DNA from: an uncultured virus (IMG/VR IMGVR_UViG_3300035698_035315)
Taxonomy: Duplodnaviria; Heunggongvirae; Uroviricota; Caudoviricetes
Virus record (IMG/VR): IMGVR_UViG_3300035698_035315
Span: 1-64,000 of that record
Direction: 5' to 3' (one strand)
DNA: 64,000 nt
Shown one piece after another: positions 27,398 through 38,010 of the stretch. The notes below the pieces were generated by a model. That model made no database searches. It saw only the letters and a program-made list of their open reading frames with translations, and was not told where the DNA came from. The first letter of the stretch is position 1. Every line of letters starts with the position of its first letter. The translations under genes were made by a program, and so were the position numbers.

Positions 27398-27967
27398 ATG
27401 GAAAAGGATAGCAATGTATTGTTAGACAAGGGTTACGGACCAGAATCGAGTTTTGATGTGATGAACAGGCACACGGTTGATGCTTTTCGACAGTATTTCA
27501 AAGCGAGTAGGCGGCTCAGAATAGGGAATCGTAGTAATGATGGTCTTGTTTTGTATTTTGACAAAGACCCTGATTATGTAAGATTTTTCAATGAAGTGGT
27601 AGAAGCGTGTGGCGGGAAGTGGGATATTGTCAGGGTTACTATTGAATCAGAGGCTATGCGGCTAGTTGAAGAATGTGGTGAAGGTGGAATAAAAGCAGTG
27701 ATAAATGAGTTGACCGATGTCAATCCTTTGTTGAACGGTAACGGCATGGGATTGAGTTTTGTGAATTGGATGATGGAGAGATTTCCATTGATTCCGATGA
27801 TTGTTATCACTAGCCATACGCATTTGATTCATAGTTTACGCTTTCAATTGCCAAGTATTGAGTTCATTCCTAAAGGACTATCTGCTGAAGAATATGCGGA
27901 CGTAATTGGTATGTTTCCGAAAGATAGTGAGTTTGCGCGTCTTTCGGCTATTGTTCCGCCAAAGTAA
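27398..27967 (+). CDS. receiver (CheY-like) domain protein, degenerate
   Basis: VLYFDKD..NGMGLSFV..IPMIVITSH..FIPK. Confidence 0.55.
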   Translation: MEKDSNVLLDKGYGPESSFDVMNRHTVDAFRQYFKASRRLRIGNRSNDGLVLYFDKDPDYVRFFNEVVEACGGKWDIVRVTIESEAMRLVEECGEGGIKAVINELTDVNPLLNGNGMGLSFVNWMMERFPLIPMIVITSHTHLIHSLRFQLPSIEFIPKGLSAEEYADVIGMFPKDSEFARLSAIVPPK

Positions 27968-27986
27968 ATCTATTCGCTTTGAATCA

Positions 27987-28031
27987 AAAGGACCACTGAG
28001 GTCGAATTTTCGGCCTTGGTGGTTTTTTTTT
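27987..28031 (+). terminator. rho-independent terminator
   Basis: GACCACTGAGGTCGAA/TTCGGCCTTGGTGGTT then T run. Confidence 0.8.
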
Positions 28032-28095
28032 GGAATTATTTGGTCTGAAGGTGATATAATCATAGAGTTGGTTTTGTATATGAAAGGACTACGTT

Positions 28096-28596
28096 GTGAG
28101 TGATGAAGTTGAAAAGACAACGGTGGTTTTGCTGGATTTTGGCAATGGGGGTGTGAATCTCAAGTGTTTTGAGTCAAGTGATAAGGGTGTTCGTTTTGCG
28201 TGGACTACGAAGAGCATAGATGGGTATTTTTATGCTGTTCAGTTGGTGAATGAGAGTTTAGGGGGTCATTGTTGGATAGAAGACAAGCGCAGAAAGCGTA
28301 TGCGTTTAGTGCGACGTTGGAAGGCACGAAATAGGGCTTTTCGTTGGTTTTGCAAGCGCGAGGGCAAATCGTATCATTCGTTGCATAGTCATGCTCTTCA
28401 GGGCTGCAACGTTTTTGAGCGAGTTTATCGGTGTGCCAACCATGAGCTTTCGGATTGCTATGATGTTGGGGTAGAATACTTTGGTCATTCTGCGGGGTCG
28501 GGCAATCATGGCAAAGATATGCTTTGGGTAGAAGATCGTTTTGGAGAAAAAAATTGTGTTCCTTTTGAGTTTTTTGAGGAGGTAAAAGATGGCTAA
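28096..28596 (+). CDS. hypothetical protein
   Basis: 166-aa ORF downstream of GGTGATATAAT (28050). Confidence 0.65.
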   Translation: MSDEVEKTTVVLLDFGNGGVNLKCFESSDKGVRFAWTTKSIDGYFYAVQLVNESLGGHCWIEDKRRKRMRLVRRWKARNRAFRWFCKREGKSYHSLHSHALQGCNVFERVYRCANHELSDCYDVGVEYFGHSAGSGNHGKDMLWVEDRFGEKNCVPFEFFEEVKDG

Positions 28597-28966
28597 TGTC
28601 AAGGATGTGAAAGATGTCTTGAAGAAGGTTCATGATAACAGCACTGGTTTGGCTGCGTGGCGGGAAATTAGGGGTCAAGAGTTTTCGCATGAGGAAGCTC
28701 GTCAGGCGGCGGATTTTGCTGATTGTTTGGAAAGTTACGGTATTACGGAAGAATACGAAGTTGTCAATTCTGAATTGCTTGTTGATTTTCTTGATGAAGC
28801 AGAGCTGAAAGTTGGTCAACGACTTTTCTTGGCTGAGAAAGCTCCATTGTATTTGATGGGTGTTATCATGTTGAAAGAGGATGATAATCGTTTGATGCGT
28901 GTTGCGAAGGCACGTGCTAAGGAAGATAGTCGTGAGAGTAGTGTCATTCTTTTGCCTGGGGATTGA
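28589..28966 (+). CDS. hypothetical protein
   Basis: GGAGG SD; overlaps the previous gene. Confidence 0.7.
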   Translation: MANVKDVKDVLKKVHDNSTGLAAWREIRGQEFSHEEARQAADFADCLESYGITEEYEVVNSELLVDFLDEAELKVGQRLFLAEKAPLYLMGVIMLKEDDNRLMRVAKARAKEDSRESSVILLPGD

Positions 28967-28984
28967 TTGAATTGGTGGGTAGAA

Positions 28985-29980
28985 ATGAGAGTTGATGTCA
29001 CAACACTTTCGGTTCTTATTGGTAGTCGGGCATGTAACGCCAAATGTCCGTTTTGTGTTTCCCAGATGACACCTGATTGTGGTATTGGTATTAAAGAGCC
29101 TGTCATAAATTGGCGCAACTTTGACTTGTCCTGTAGATATGCTCAGAAGAATGATATTTCAACTGTTATGTTGACTGGTAAGGGCGAGCCTACACTTTTC
29201 CCGAATCAGATTACTACTGTTCTTAGCGTATTGCGTGGCTATGATTTTCCTTTTAAGGAATTACAGACAAATGGCATAAAGTTGATGGAGGTTGAATACT
29301 GTTCTTAGCGTTTGCGGTCGTGGAGTTATTTTGGGCTAAACACGATTTCTATTTCGGTTGTGCATTGGAGCGATGATAGAAGTAAAGAAATCTATGGATT
29401 CGACAACTACAATCTTGCGTCTTTGGTCAGGATTCTGCATAGCTACGGATTTTCAATTCGTCTATCTTGTGTGATGGTTAAAGGCTATGTTGATTCTTGG
29501 GACGTTGTAGATAGATTCCTGCACTTCTGTATGTCGAGAAACAGACTGAGGCGATTTGTTTTGTTGCTGTTACGCAGAATGGTCTTGCGCTTCAGCGTGT
29601 CAAGAAACGGACTGAGGCGATTTGTCTTGCTGCGATTACGCAGAATGGTCCTGCACTTCTGTCGTTGCAACAATGTAAAGCAATTCACATTGCGCGAGTT
29701 AGGGCGTTCTGACGAAACGAAAGACAAAGCTGTTTCGCAGTGGGTTTTGGAACATCATGTTTCTTCTGAAACCATTTATGGAATTGAGGTGATATTGAGG
29801 AAAAAGGGAACGGTTCTTTTGTCGCTTCCACATGGTGCAACGATATACGACCATGATGGTCAGAATGTATGTTTGACGAATTGTCTTACATTGCCGTTGA
29901 AGGATGAGATTCGTCAGCTCATATTTCATCCTGATGGTCATTTGCGCTATGACTGGAAAGAAGGCGCAATTTTACTTTGA
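28985..29980 (+). pseudogene. radical SAM protein with an in-frame TAG (29306) and a 132-bp foreign insert
   Basis: CNAKCPFC, TGKGEPT, ELQTNG; frame continues after the TAG; insert at 29531-29662. Confidence 0.8.
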
Positions 29981-30007
29981 TAGCATGTTTGGCGAAGGAG
30001 AGCAATC

Positions 30008-31237
30008 ATGGAAAGCAATTATTTTGGTGACTTCAAATTGCAAAGAAATTCTCAATCGATCAATGGCACTTTTTCGGATTTATTGATTGAGAACTTTGTT
30101 CTGTATAAGATGCGTCAAAAAGTGACTACACATCGTTTCAGCATTTGTTTGTACAAACAGAACAGGGATTTATTATTTCCGACTATTGACCAGAGTATGA
30201 CGAATTGCGAATTATCGAGGACATTGGAGGATATTGAGGACGGGGCGCCTATTGAGAGTGGCAGAGACATTCTTGTTCGCGCAAAGTTTCTTGCTGCATT
30301 GGATGCCATAGTTGAAGACATGAAGTGTGATGTGAAAGTGGTGTATACATCGCTTGACAGTGGTCTTTTGATTTTGGATGGTGATGACTTTGATAGTGCA
30401 AATACTGTAGCAAGCATTGGGATTCGTAGTGACCACAACATTCAGTTGAGTATTGTGAGCACGGAATACAAGCAGGCAAGTGATGTTGTGTTCTTATTTG
30501 ATGGGATAGACAATTGGTCTCATGTACGTAATGAGAGTAGTCAGATGGTTGTCGGAGTATGGTGGTCGGATCATTATGGCTGGTCTAGCCGAGAAGTACC
30601 TTTGGCTTGTGATAATTTTGACGCTTATTTGGATGCCAATTATTCAGACAAAGTGGCATCTTCTACTCGAACTTTGATAGATAGAGTAATTGGCGAGAAG
30701 TTGATTGGCAAATTGGTATTGTGTCATGGCAATGCTGGCACTGGGAAGTCGTTTTGGATTCGTGGCTTGTCGGTAGCTTTGAAACAGAAGTATGATGTTG
30801 CCTACATTTCGGAGTTTGAGAACTTTTTGTCATCGGCTGCTGGCTATTATCAGGTGGTTGACGAAGATCGTCCTGTTGTTTTTGTTTTTGAGGATGCTGG
30901 TTGTGTTTTTGCTGCTGATGCTCAAAACAGATATGAGCAGCTTACCACAACACTTTTGAATTTGACTTCTGGTCTTATTTCGGCTGGTCGAAAAGACATT
31001 TTTGTTTTCACCTATAACGGTGCTATGGGTGATATGGACGAAGCAATGATTCGTCCCGGCAGGGCGTTGAGTGTTATAAAGTTTGGAGAATTAGATTCTT
31101 CAAAAGCCAATGCTTTTTTGAAAGCTCATGGGTCAGATGAGTGTGTTTGTTCTTCCATGCGATTGGCGGATTTGTATGCGATGATTTATGGTTTTGATGA
31201 TGTTTTGAAGGAATCCAGAGGTGTTCTGGGTTTTTAA
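30008..31237 (+). CDS. AAA+ ATPase
   Basis: GNAGTGKS Walker A, VFVFED Walker B, LLNLTSG, AMIRPGR. Confidence 0.85.
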   Translation: MESNYFGDFKLQRNSQSINGTFSDLLIENFVLYKMRQKVTTHRFSICLYKQNRDLLFPTIDQSMTNCELSRTLEDIEDGAPIESGRDILVRAKFLAALDAIVEDMKCDVKVVYTSLDSGLLILDGDDFDSANTVASIGIRSDHNIQLSIVSTEYKQASDVVFLFDGIDNWSHVRNESSQMVVGVWWSDHYGWSSREVPLACDNFDAYLDANYSDKVASSTRTLIDRVIGEKLIGKLVLCHGNAGTGKSFWIRGLSVALKQKYDVAYISEFENFLSSAAGYYQVVDEDRPVVFVFEDAGCVFAADAQNRYEQLTTTLLNLTSGLISAGRKDIFVFTYNGAMGDMDEAMIRPGRALSVIKFGELDSSKANAFLKAHGSDECVCSSMRLADLYAMIYGFDDVLKESRGVLGF

Positions 31238-31254
31238 ATAACGAACAAAGGGAG

Positions 31255-31719
31255 ATGTTAGCTATGTCTACTCGTTGTCAGGTGAAAATTCTCAACTGTT
31301 TTTCAGATTTGACTGATATTGCCAATACAGAGGGTGTTTTGTTGTATCATCATTGTGATGGTTATCCTAGTTTTATGGGGCCATATCTTGAGAGAGTTCT
31401 CGACAAGGCTTCTGAGTATCTTATTCGGGTCAATAAGGAATGTTGGTGGGACGATGAGCGTGTAGCCGCCATGATGGTATTACTTTCGTCGGTTGATTCT
31501 TCTACTCCCGTGCTTCCTTGGGAAGTTGCAGGCATTGATAGTTCGCAAGATCATATACCGAGTTTTCAACCTTCGTATGTTTTGCATGGTGATATAGAAT
31601 TTCTTTGGGTTGTTATTCTTGGGGAAGATGATGGAGAGTATGATATAAAGTGTTTCGACCTCAATAAAGACGAAAAGGTTAGTATTGGGAAAGAGATTGA
31701 TTGGCGGGCAGAGATATAG
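31255..31719 (+). CDS. hypothetical phage protein (MSTR..YxHxDGYP type)
   Basis: MSTRCQV, LYHHCDGYP, HGDIEF. Confidence 0.75.
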   Translation: MLAMSTRCQVKILNCFSDLTDIANTEGVLLYHHCDGYPSFMGPYLERVLDKASEYLIRVNKECWWDDERVAAMMVLLSSVDSSTPVLPWEVAGIDSSQDHIPSFQPSYVLHGDIEFLWVVILGEDDGEYDIKCFDLNKDEKVSIGKEIDWRAEI

Positions 31720-31732
31720 AAAGGAGGTGTTG

Positions 31733-32197
31733 ATGAAGAGTGATTTATGTCCTTTTTGTGGCGAAGTCAAGCGGGTGTATTATCCGCCCTATGAAAACAG
31801 GGGCGAAACGATGGGTCTTTTATGGTGTCCAAATTGTAAGAAAGCTGTGGACATTACAAATGTAGGCGCTATTAGCGAGATTAGCTTTGCGTTTGATTTA
31901 CCGGACGGGGTTTACAGCTACAATAGCGAGATATGCAAAAAGTGTTTCAAGAGTAGAGATGTGGAATGGCAGGATGATTATGATGAGGAATGGTTGTCTG
32001 ATGGTTTTGCAATGTGTCCGCAAATTATGCAAGATGACATGACAACTATTGATTATGATGATATGATGGGAATCTTCAAACCTGTTCCAAAATCTTGTTC
32101 ATATCTTATTGAGCATATGATGTCTCGACTCAAACGTAAGGATTGGGTTACTATCGCTATGGAGAAAAGGGAAAAACACAGACGCAAGAAAATGTGA
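31733..32197 (+). CDS. Cys-rich Zn-binding hypothetical protein
   Basis: CPFC, CPNC, CKKC; AGGAGG SD. Confidence 0.7.
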   Translation: MKSDLCPFCGEVKRVYYPPYENRGETMGLLWCPNCKKAVDITNVGAISEISFAFDLPDGVYSYNSEICKKCFKSRDVEWQDDYDEEWLSDGFAMCPQIMQDDMTTIDYDDMMGIFKPVPKSCSYLIEHMMSRLKRKDWVTIAMEKREKHRRKKM

Positions 32198-32260
32198 CAA
32201 TTTTTGGCTTATCGGTGATATAATAACAGAGACCTTTGTATAACATTGGAGGATTAGGAA

Positions 32261-33481
32261 ATGGCAAAAGTAGATGTAAGACGAATGGTGATGAGTGGCG
32301 TCATTGACTTGATTCGCCACAAGGTTTTTTATGGCCATATTTTGCAACAGTTGTCGAAAGTGTATATCAGCGGAATTGAAGCTTACGCTCCTATTCCTAC
32401 AATGGGTGTAGGCAAGCAAAAGGAAGAGTTGCTTGTCAAGTTGTACGTCAATGAAAAATGGGTACAAGAAGAAATCTTTGACAAGGCTGAGAGCGAAGAT
32501 CAAGCGTGGGGTTGGCTTTTGGGTGTGCTTGAGCATGAGACGTTGCATTTGGTATTTGACCATCTTACTTTGTCATTCAGTGACAAGTTGCGTGGCAACG
32601 TGGCTGTTGATCTGGTCGTGAACAGTTGCCTTGACAAGTCACATCTTCCCGACAGCGCGATGTTGCCAGAAATGTTTGATTTTGAGCCGCACAAGTCGTC
32701 TTTTTGGTATTATCAGCATTTGCTTGACAATGACAAGTATAAGGATATGTGTCAAAATGGTTCTTTTGGAGAAGGTGGTATTTTTTCAGATGCTGTTGAT
32801 TCTCACAAGGCGTGGGAATCGGCGGCGCAGGACCCTATTCTTGGAGAATTCATCAAGGACATTGTTCGCAAGTCAAAAGAGCTTTGCAGCAAGGATTTTG
32901 GCAACATTCCGGCAGAGGTTGTATATCAGATTGGCGAGCTTCTCAAGACTAAAAAACCTATTGTGCCTTGGGGTCGTGTGTTGCGGTTGTTTTGTGCGAG
33001 TGCTATGGAGAGCACTCTTGATTATACGATGAAGCGTATAAGCAAAAGATTTGGCACTCGCCCTGGAACCAAAAAAGAGGATGTTCTGAATTTGTGTGTT
33101 GCTGTTGATACTTCGGGATCTATCAGCGAAGATCAGATAAAGCTGTTTTTCAACGAGATTAAGTGGATTTGGAAGAACGGTGCTCAGGTTACGATTATTG
33201 AGTGCGATTGTGTCATTCAGCGGACTTACCCTTATAAGGGCAAGTTCAGGGGCGAGGTTCATGGTCGTGGCGGGACTGATCTTGAGCCGCCGTTGCAGGA
33301 AGCAGAGGGGCATTTTGATGCTCTTGTGTACTTTACTGACTTTTATGCACCGAGTATAGAGCATAGGTATAAGATACCCGTTTTGTGGGTATTGACTACA
33401 GAGCTATCCAGGGATCAGTTCCCGTACAAGTGGGGAAAGCACATCAAGATTGAGGCCAATCAGGCTGTTGCTGTAAGCTGA
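32261..33481 (+). CDS. DUF2201-type metallopeptidase-vWA protein
   Basis: LEHETLH, NVAVDLVVN, VDTSGS, CDC, GRGGTD, YFTD. Confidence 0.88.
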   Translation: MAKVDVRRMVMSGVIDLIRHKVFYGHILQQLSKVYISGIEAYAPIPTMGVGKQKEELLVKLYVNEKWVQEEIFDKAESEDQAWGWLLGVLEHETLHLVFDHLTLSFSDKLRGNVAVDLVVNSCLDKSHLPDSAMLPEMFDFEPHKSSFWYYQHLLDNDKYKDMCQNGSFGEGGIFSDAVDSHKAWESAAQDPILGEFIKDIVRKSKELCSKDFGNIPAEVVYQIGELLKTKKPIVPWGRVLRLFCASAMESTLDYTMKRISKRFGTRPGTKKEDVLNLCVAVDTSGSISEDQIKLFFNEIKWIWKNGAQVTIIECDCVIQRTYPYKGKFRGEVHGRGGTDLEPPLQEAEGHFDALVYFTDFYAPSIEHRYKIPVLWVLTTELSRDQFPYKWGKHIKIEANQAVAVS

Positions 33482-33540
33482 TGATAGTTGGTTATAGGTC
33501 CTATGCGGGGCGTTGAGTGAACATTGGGAAGGCGTAGAGT

Positions 33541-33981
33541 ATGCTTGTGTTTCCGGGGCCGTCAGTTGAGAACATTTTTTGGATGGTGTTTTGGACTGTG
33601 TTTTGGCTGGCTTTGGTCTACATCGTAATCGCAGTCGTGAATACGTATGTGCTGAGGCCATTTGCGAAAAAACTACCGCGCTTTGTGTATACGTTGCCTA
33701 TGGTTGCGGCGGTTGTTTGGCTGCTCATTGGTATTGTTTTTGTTGGTCATGAGCCTCAAGAGGGTCCAAAAGACCAGTGGAAAGACCCAGAAGTTATCGA
33801 GGTTACTCCGGTGGAAGAAGTCAGAGAAAAAGGAAAGGAGCTTACCGAAGAGATTGAGACTGACGTAAAGAAGGCGAGTGACGAGAAGCGTGATGAGTTG
33901 CGTGGGAAGTCAGATGATATGTTTGACAAGCTGTGGAAAAAGGAAAAAACACAGCGCGAAGCCGAAAAGAAATCTGACTAA
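33541..33981 (+). CDS. two-TM membrane protein
   Basis: Two hydrophobic helices then a charged tail. Confidence 0.7.
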   Translation: MLVFPGPSVENIFWMVFWTVFWLALVYIVIAVVNTYVLRPFAKKLPRFVYTLPMVAAVVWLLIGIVFVGHEPQEGPKDQWKDPEVIEVTPVEEVREKGKELTEEIETDVKKASDEKRDELRGKSDDMFDKLWKKEKTQREAEKKSD

Positions 33982-34025
33982 GCAAAGTTGACAGTGACAA
34001 CATTAAATTGAAAGGTTTTTTGGAA

Positions 34026-35024
34026 ATGAGAAGCAGACAGTTGTACATACTCGGTTTGATTGTGGTTATGGCGGGACTTTGCGGTTGTGGTAAGAACGTA
34101 CCTGTTGGTTATAAGGCGCGCATCAAGACGAGATCAGGATGGAGTAATACGCTTCACTCGCCCGGCAGAATAGCGTGTTACGGTTATGATGTGATGTGGA
34201 TTGTCGAAACACGTGAGACTACAAGGGATACGAAACTCAACATCCTGCTACAGAAAGACCAGGTAAACTTCGGCGTTACGGTTACGGTTGCGGTTCGTTT
34301 CACGCTAAAGGACAAAGATGCCGATGTTTTGCCTGTTTTTGACAAGGTGCGACCGTTCTCTTCTGATAACAAATATGCTGGGGTTATTACGCTTGATGGC
34401 ATTTGGGATACTTATCTTGCTCCTGTAGTGGCGAGTGTACCAAAGCAGATTATTCGCCCATACACTACGGAGCAGATTCTTGCCGAAAGCGCGAAAATAG
34501 AAAAGGAAGTACAATCGGCAATTATCAAGGCGATGGAAGAAACTCCTGTAAAAGTTAGGTTGGTTACGATTGTCAATATGGACTTTCCGAAGTTTATCAC
34601 ACTGGCACAAGAGGAGGCCAAGAAAGAGGAAATCGAAATAAGGCGTGAGACAAACAAGCAAAAGAAGCGCCTGATTGAAGAACAGAACAAGCTGAAGCTT
34701 AAGGAGCTTGAGTATCAGCAGGCGATGCTTGACGGCAAGAAGATTGCCGACCAAAATCGTCTCATTGGAAAATCTCTGTTGGGCGAAGCAGGGCGTCAAT
34801 ACTTGCGCTGGCATGAGATACGGGTATATGGTGAAGCTGCTCAAGGGCCGAACAACTGCTTGTTCCTGCCAATGACATTGCTTGGCGGTCAAGGCTCAGT
34901 CGGGGCGACTATGATGAACGAAGCGGCTTTGACCATTCCGCGAGAGGAATTGCGTAAGGCAATTTTGCCGAAGGTAAAAAATGATAGAGAGGCCGAGGGA
35001 CCATGGGTTTCTGAAACTGAGTAA
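34026..35024 (+). CDS. SPFH/band-7 family lipoprotein
   Basis: Lipobox LCGC; VPVGY..PG; NMDFP; coiled coil; YLRW. Confidence 0.75.
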   Translation: MRSRQLYILGLIVVMAGLCGCGKNVPVGYKARIKTRSGWSNTLHSPGRIACYGYDVMWIVETRETTRDTKLNILLQKDQVNFGVTVTVAVRFTLKDKDADVLPVFDKVRPFSSDNKYAGVITLDGIWDTYLAPVVASVPKQIIRPYTTEQILAESAKIEKEVQSAIIKAMEETPVKVRLVTIVNMDFPKFITLAQEEAKKEEIEIRRETNKQKKRLIEEQNKLKLKELEYQQAMLDGKKIADQNRLIGKSLLGEAGRQYLRWHEIRVYGEAAQGPNNCLFLPMTLLGGQGSVGATMMNEAALTIPREELRKAILPKVKNDREAEGPWVSETE

Positions 35025-35126
35025 GAGAATGTGAGGCGTGGCTGTATGTCATCTGCTGTTTCCCAAATAGTAGAAGTCGGGAGTCACGTCTCAAAGGCAT
35101 CATGACTTCAATGAAGGGAGTAACGA

Positions 35127-35447
35127 ATGAAAACTTTTTTGATTTATGACGAGTTTAGTGTTGAAGATCATGAGGGAGAGGAGTATGATGAGATTTTAGA
35201 GGTTGAGCAAGCTCCTACGGCGGGCAACATTCAAGAATGGGCGAATAGGGTTAGATGTCGTATTCGTAGGGCATGGGTAGCAAGTCAAAAAGAGGAGTTA
35301 GCAGAAGAACAGGGCGTAAGAATCTTTTTTGATTCGTCTGCGGTGTATAAGGCAATGCTCATCAATTTGCAGATATTGATGAAGAAAGAAGAGGACATTG
35401 TAATAGACTTGGCAGACATTGATATTGCAATAAGACAAGATTTTTGA
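35127..35447 (+). CDS. hypothetical protein
   Basis: GGGAG SD; 106 aa. Confidence 0.65.
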   Translation: MKTFLIYDEFSVEDHEGEEYDEILEVEQAPTAGNIQEWANRVRCRIRRAWVASQKEELAEEQGVRIFFDSSAVYKAMLINLQILMKKEEDIVIDLADIDIAIRQDF

Positions 35448-35550
35448 AAACTTTGCTCAAAAAACTGTATAATAGAGATGTTGCCCCTTGGTGAGAGTGC
35501 CTTCCAAGGGGTATGTGTTGTATTAGTTTTCGGACGCAGGAGTAGTTAGA

Positions 35551-36144
<594 letters not shown>

Positions 36145-36194
36145 GATGAAGTTTAAGAAGAAATGACTACGTTCAAGCAATCCAGGATGTGTGA

Positions 36195-36812
36195 ATGGAT
36201 TCGGTAGTTGAGCGAGTTTTAGCGATGCAGTCTGAGAAACGTCGCTTGCTGCGTTTAAAGCGGCGTTCTCGTGGTCCTTATCGCAAGATTAGGTTTACGC
36301 GAGATGAATTGATTGATTATCTTGTTGATAACAGTATCAGTTCTGTAAGACAACTTGCTCGACTTCGCAAAGCGGATGACCCTAAGCGGTATGATTATGA
36401 CATAGAGTTTGGCAAATGGAGTGAGGCCCAAAAAGCAGCTTTTGGGCCTCCTTCCATATTAGAAGACAAGACTCCTAGCAGTGCGGAGTATTTGGTAAAG
36501 TTACTTGTTCAATATGATGTGTGGACTGTGAACAAGTATCTTGAGTGGTGTCGAAAACGCCCGGATGTTTTCCCTTCATTTTACTATGTCAAAAAGCACT
36601 GGGGTCGTTTTTCCAATTTGACGTATATTGCTCGGAGATTTTCTTACAAGCAACGGCTTGAGTCTTATTTGTGCATCAAAAGGCGTTTAGGGCATTGGCC
36701 GACTGTGGTGGAATGCCTGGCTGAAGGTCTTGACGTGAGTGCGGTCATAAAGGAATTGTTTGGCTCTAGGAAAGAAATGATTATTCTTTTTGAGAAATAT
36801 GGGAAGGCTTAG
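36195..36812 (+). CDS. protein with homing-endonuclease-associated repeats
   Basis: ELIDYL..YDIEFGKWSEAQKAA and PSFYYVKKHWGRFS. Confidence 0.6.
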   Translation: MDSVVERVLAMQSEKRRLLRLKRRSRGPYRKIRFTRDELIDYLVDNSISSVRQLARLRKADDPKRYDYDIEFGKWSEAQKAAFGPPSILEDKTPSSAEYLVKLLVQYDVWTVNKYLEWCRKRPDVFPSFYYVKKHWGRFSNLTYIARRFSYKQRLESYLCIKRRLGHWPTVVECLAEGLDVSAVIKELFGSRKEMIILFEKYGKA

Positions 36813-37439
36813 ATGCGAAAAGAAACCAAGATTACGGCCAAGTTTCAAGAACAATGTTGTAGGCATTTGAAAGAGCGCAAACAGAAGTATCTTTGCGTAA
36901 GTCCATTGAATTGTGTGCACAATGTAAGGCATCGAGTGAAGCAGAAAGGGATGATAGGGTTTTGTGAGAATCCTATTATACTTGAGAAATCCAAACGACA
37001 CGTTGTAGTATGCGAGGGTGATGTCACGGCTTCGGCTTGTTTTGAGTATGAATGTGTTCATACTACGGCAACTGTGGAATCTGATTTTCATGAGATTTTA
37101 CGCAACCCAAGTCGTTGTGGGCAGGAGTATCCCAGGTTGGGGGCTTTGATATGGTGTTTGCAGGATGGCACTAATGGCAACGCAATAGGCGAAGCAATAG
37201 CTGATGCCATAGGTGATGAAACAGATGGGCCTGATGCAATAGAGGACACAATAAAGGACACAATAGAGGACACAATAGAGGACACAATAGAGGACAATGC
37301 AGTAGTGCCTGATGCAATAGAAGACGGAGCAATAGAAGCAATAGATTGTGAGATAGAGATTGAGAATATTGGGGCTAAAACACGATTAAAACGTTTAGCA
37401 GGATTATTGTGGAAGCTTGGAAGTTGTTCATGGTGGTGA
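36813..37439 (+). CDS. Cys-rich hypothetical protein with (DTIE)n repeat
   Basis: 12-bp GAGGACACAATA tandem at 37242-37296. Confidence 0.65.
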   Translation: MRKETKITAKFQEQCCRHLKERKQKYLCVSPLNCVHNVRHRVKQKGMIGFCENPIILEKSKRHVVVCEGDVTASACFEYECVHTTATVESDFHEILRNPSRCGQEYPRLGALIWCLQDGTNGNAIGEAIADAIGDETDGPDAIEDTIKDTIEDTIEDTIEDNAVVPDAIEDGAIEAIDCEIEIENIGAKTRLKRLAGLLWKLGSCSWW

Positions 37440-37448
37440 GGTATTTTT

Positions 37449-38009
37449 ATGTCCGGGCAATGGGTTTGCATCATTATTGATTTCCAAGTTACAAAATCTA
37501 CGGATGCTATAAAAAGAATTCATCAAGAGGCATTGGGCATATTCGGCAGTGATTTCATTGATATGGTTATTATTGATGGTGATTTGATGTGTGGCGCAAG
37601 TGATCTTGAGGTGTTTCATTATGTGTTTGTGAAGTGTCGCAATTTTAGTGCTCATATTGACAAGTTGAGAAATAGCACAATTGTATCGGGCGTGATGGAC
37701 GACTATCATAGGCCAAGATTTGTGCCAGAAGATGAGATAAATGAGATGCGACATAGGATTAGGAAGCCCAAGTTAGGTAGTTTATTTGAGGGTGATGTTG
37801 TTATTGCGCAAGATGGATATTTGAAGGGTTTATCAGGTATAGTTGTGTGTGCGGACAATGGTTTATATATGGTGATGTTCAAGTTTTATACTCGCAGTTT
37901 TGTTGAGGAATTGAATAGGGAAATGTTGGAGCATAGCGGAAACATATTTGATAATATGAAGTTTCCTGTTACCCTAAATCGGAACAGGCGTATAGGTGAT
38001 TCACGATGA
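37449..38009 (+). CDS. NusG/RfaH-family transcription factor (NGN + KOW)
   Basis: YVFVK..VSGVM..PRFVPEDEI; GDVVIAQDGYLKGLSGIV KOW. Confidence 0.75.
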   Translation: MSGQWVCIIIDFQVTKSTDAIKRIHQEALGIFGSDFIDMVIIDGDLMCGASDLEVFHYVFVKCRNFSAHIDKLRNSTIVSGVMDDYHRPRFVPEDEINEMRHRIRKPKLGSLFEGDVVIAQDGYLKGLSGIVVCADNGLYMVMFKFYTRSFVEELNREMLEHSGNIFDNMKFPVTLNRNRRIGDSR

Positions 38010-38010
38010 T

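Noticed and set aside
13504..29308. TAG reassignment or amber readthrough, suggested by in-frame TAGs in dam (13504) and radical SAM (29306)
   Set aside because: Many genes end cleanly at TAG (3908, 22393, 41727, 47602, 57405, 59168), long genes have no internal TAG, no CTA-anticodon tRNA is in the window, and both genes have a second lesion
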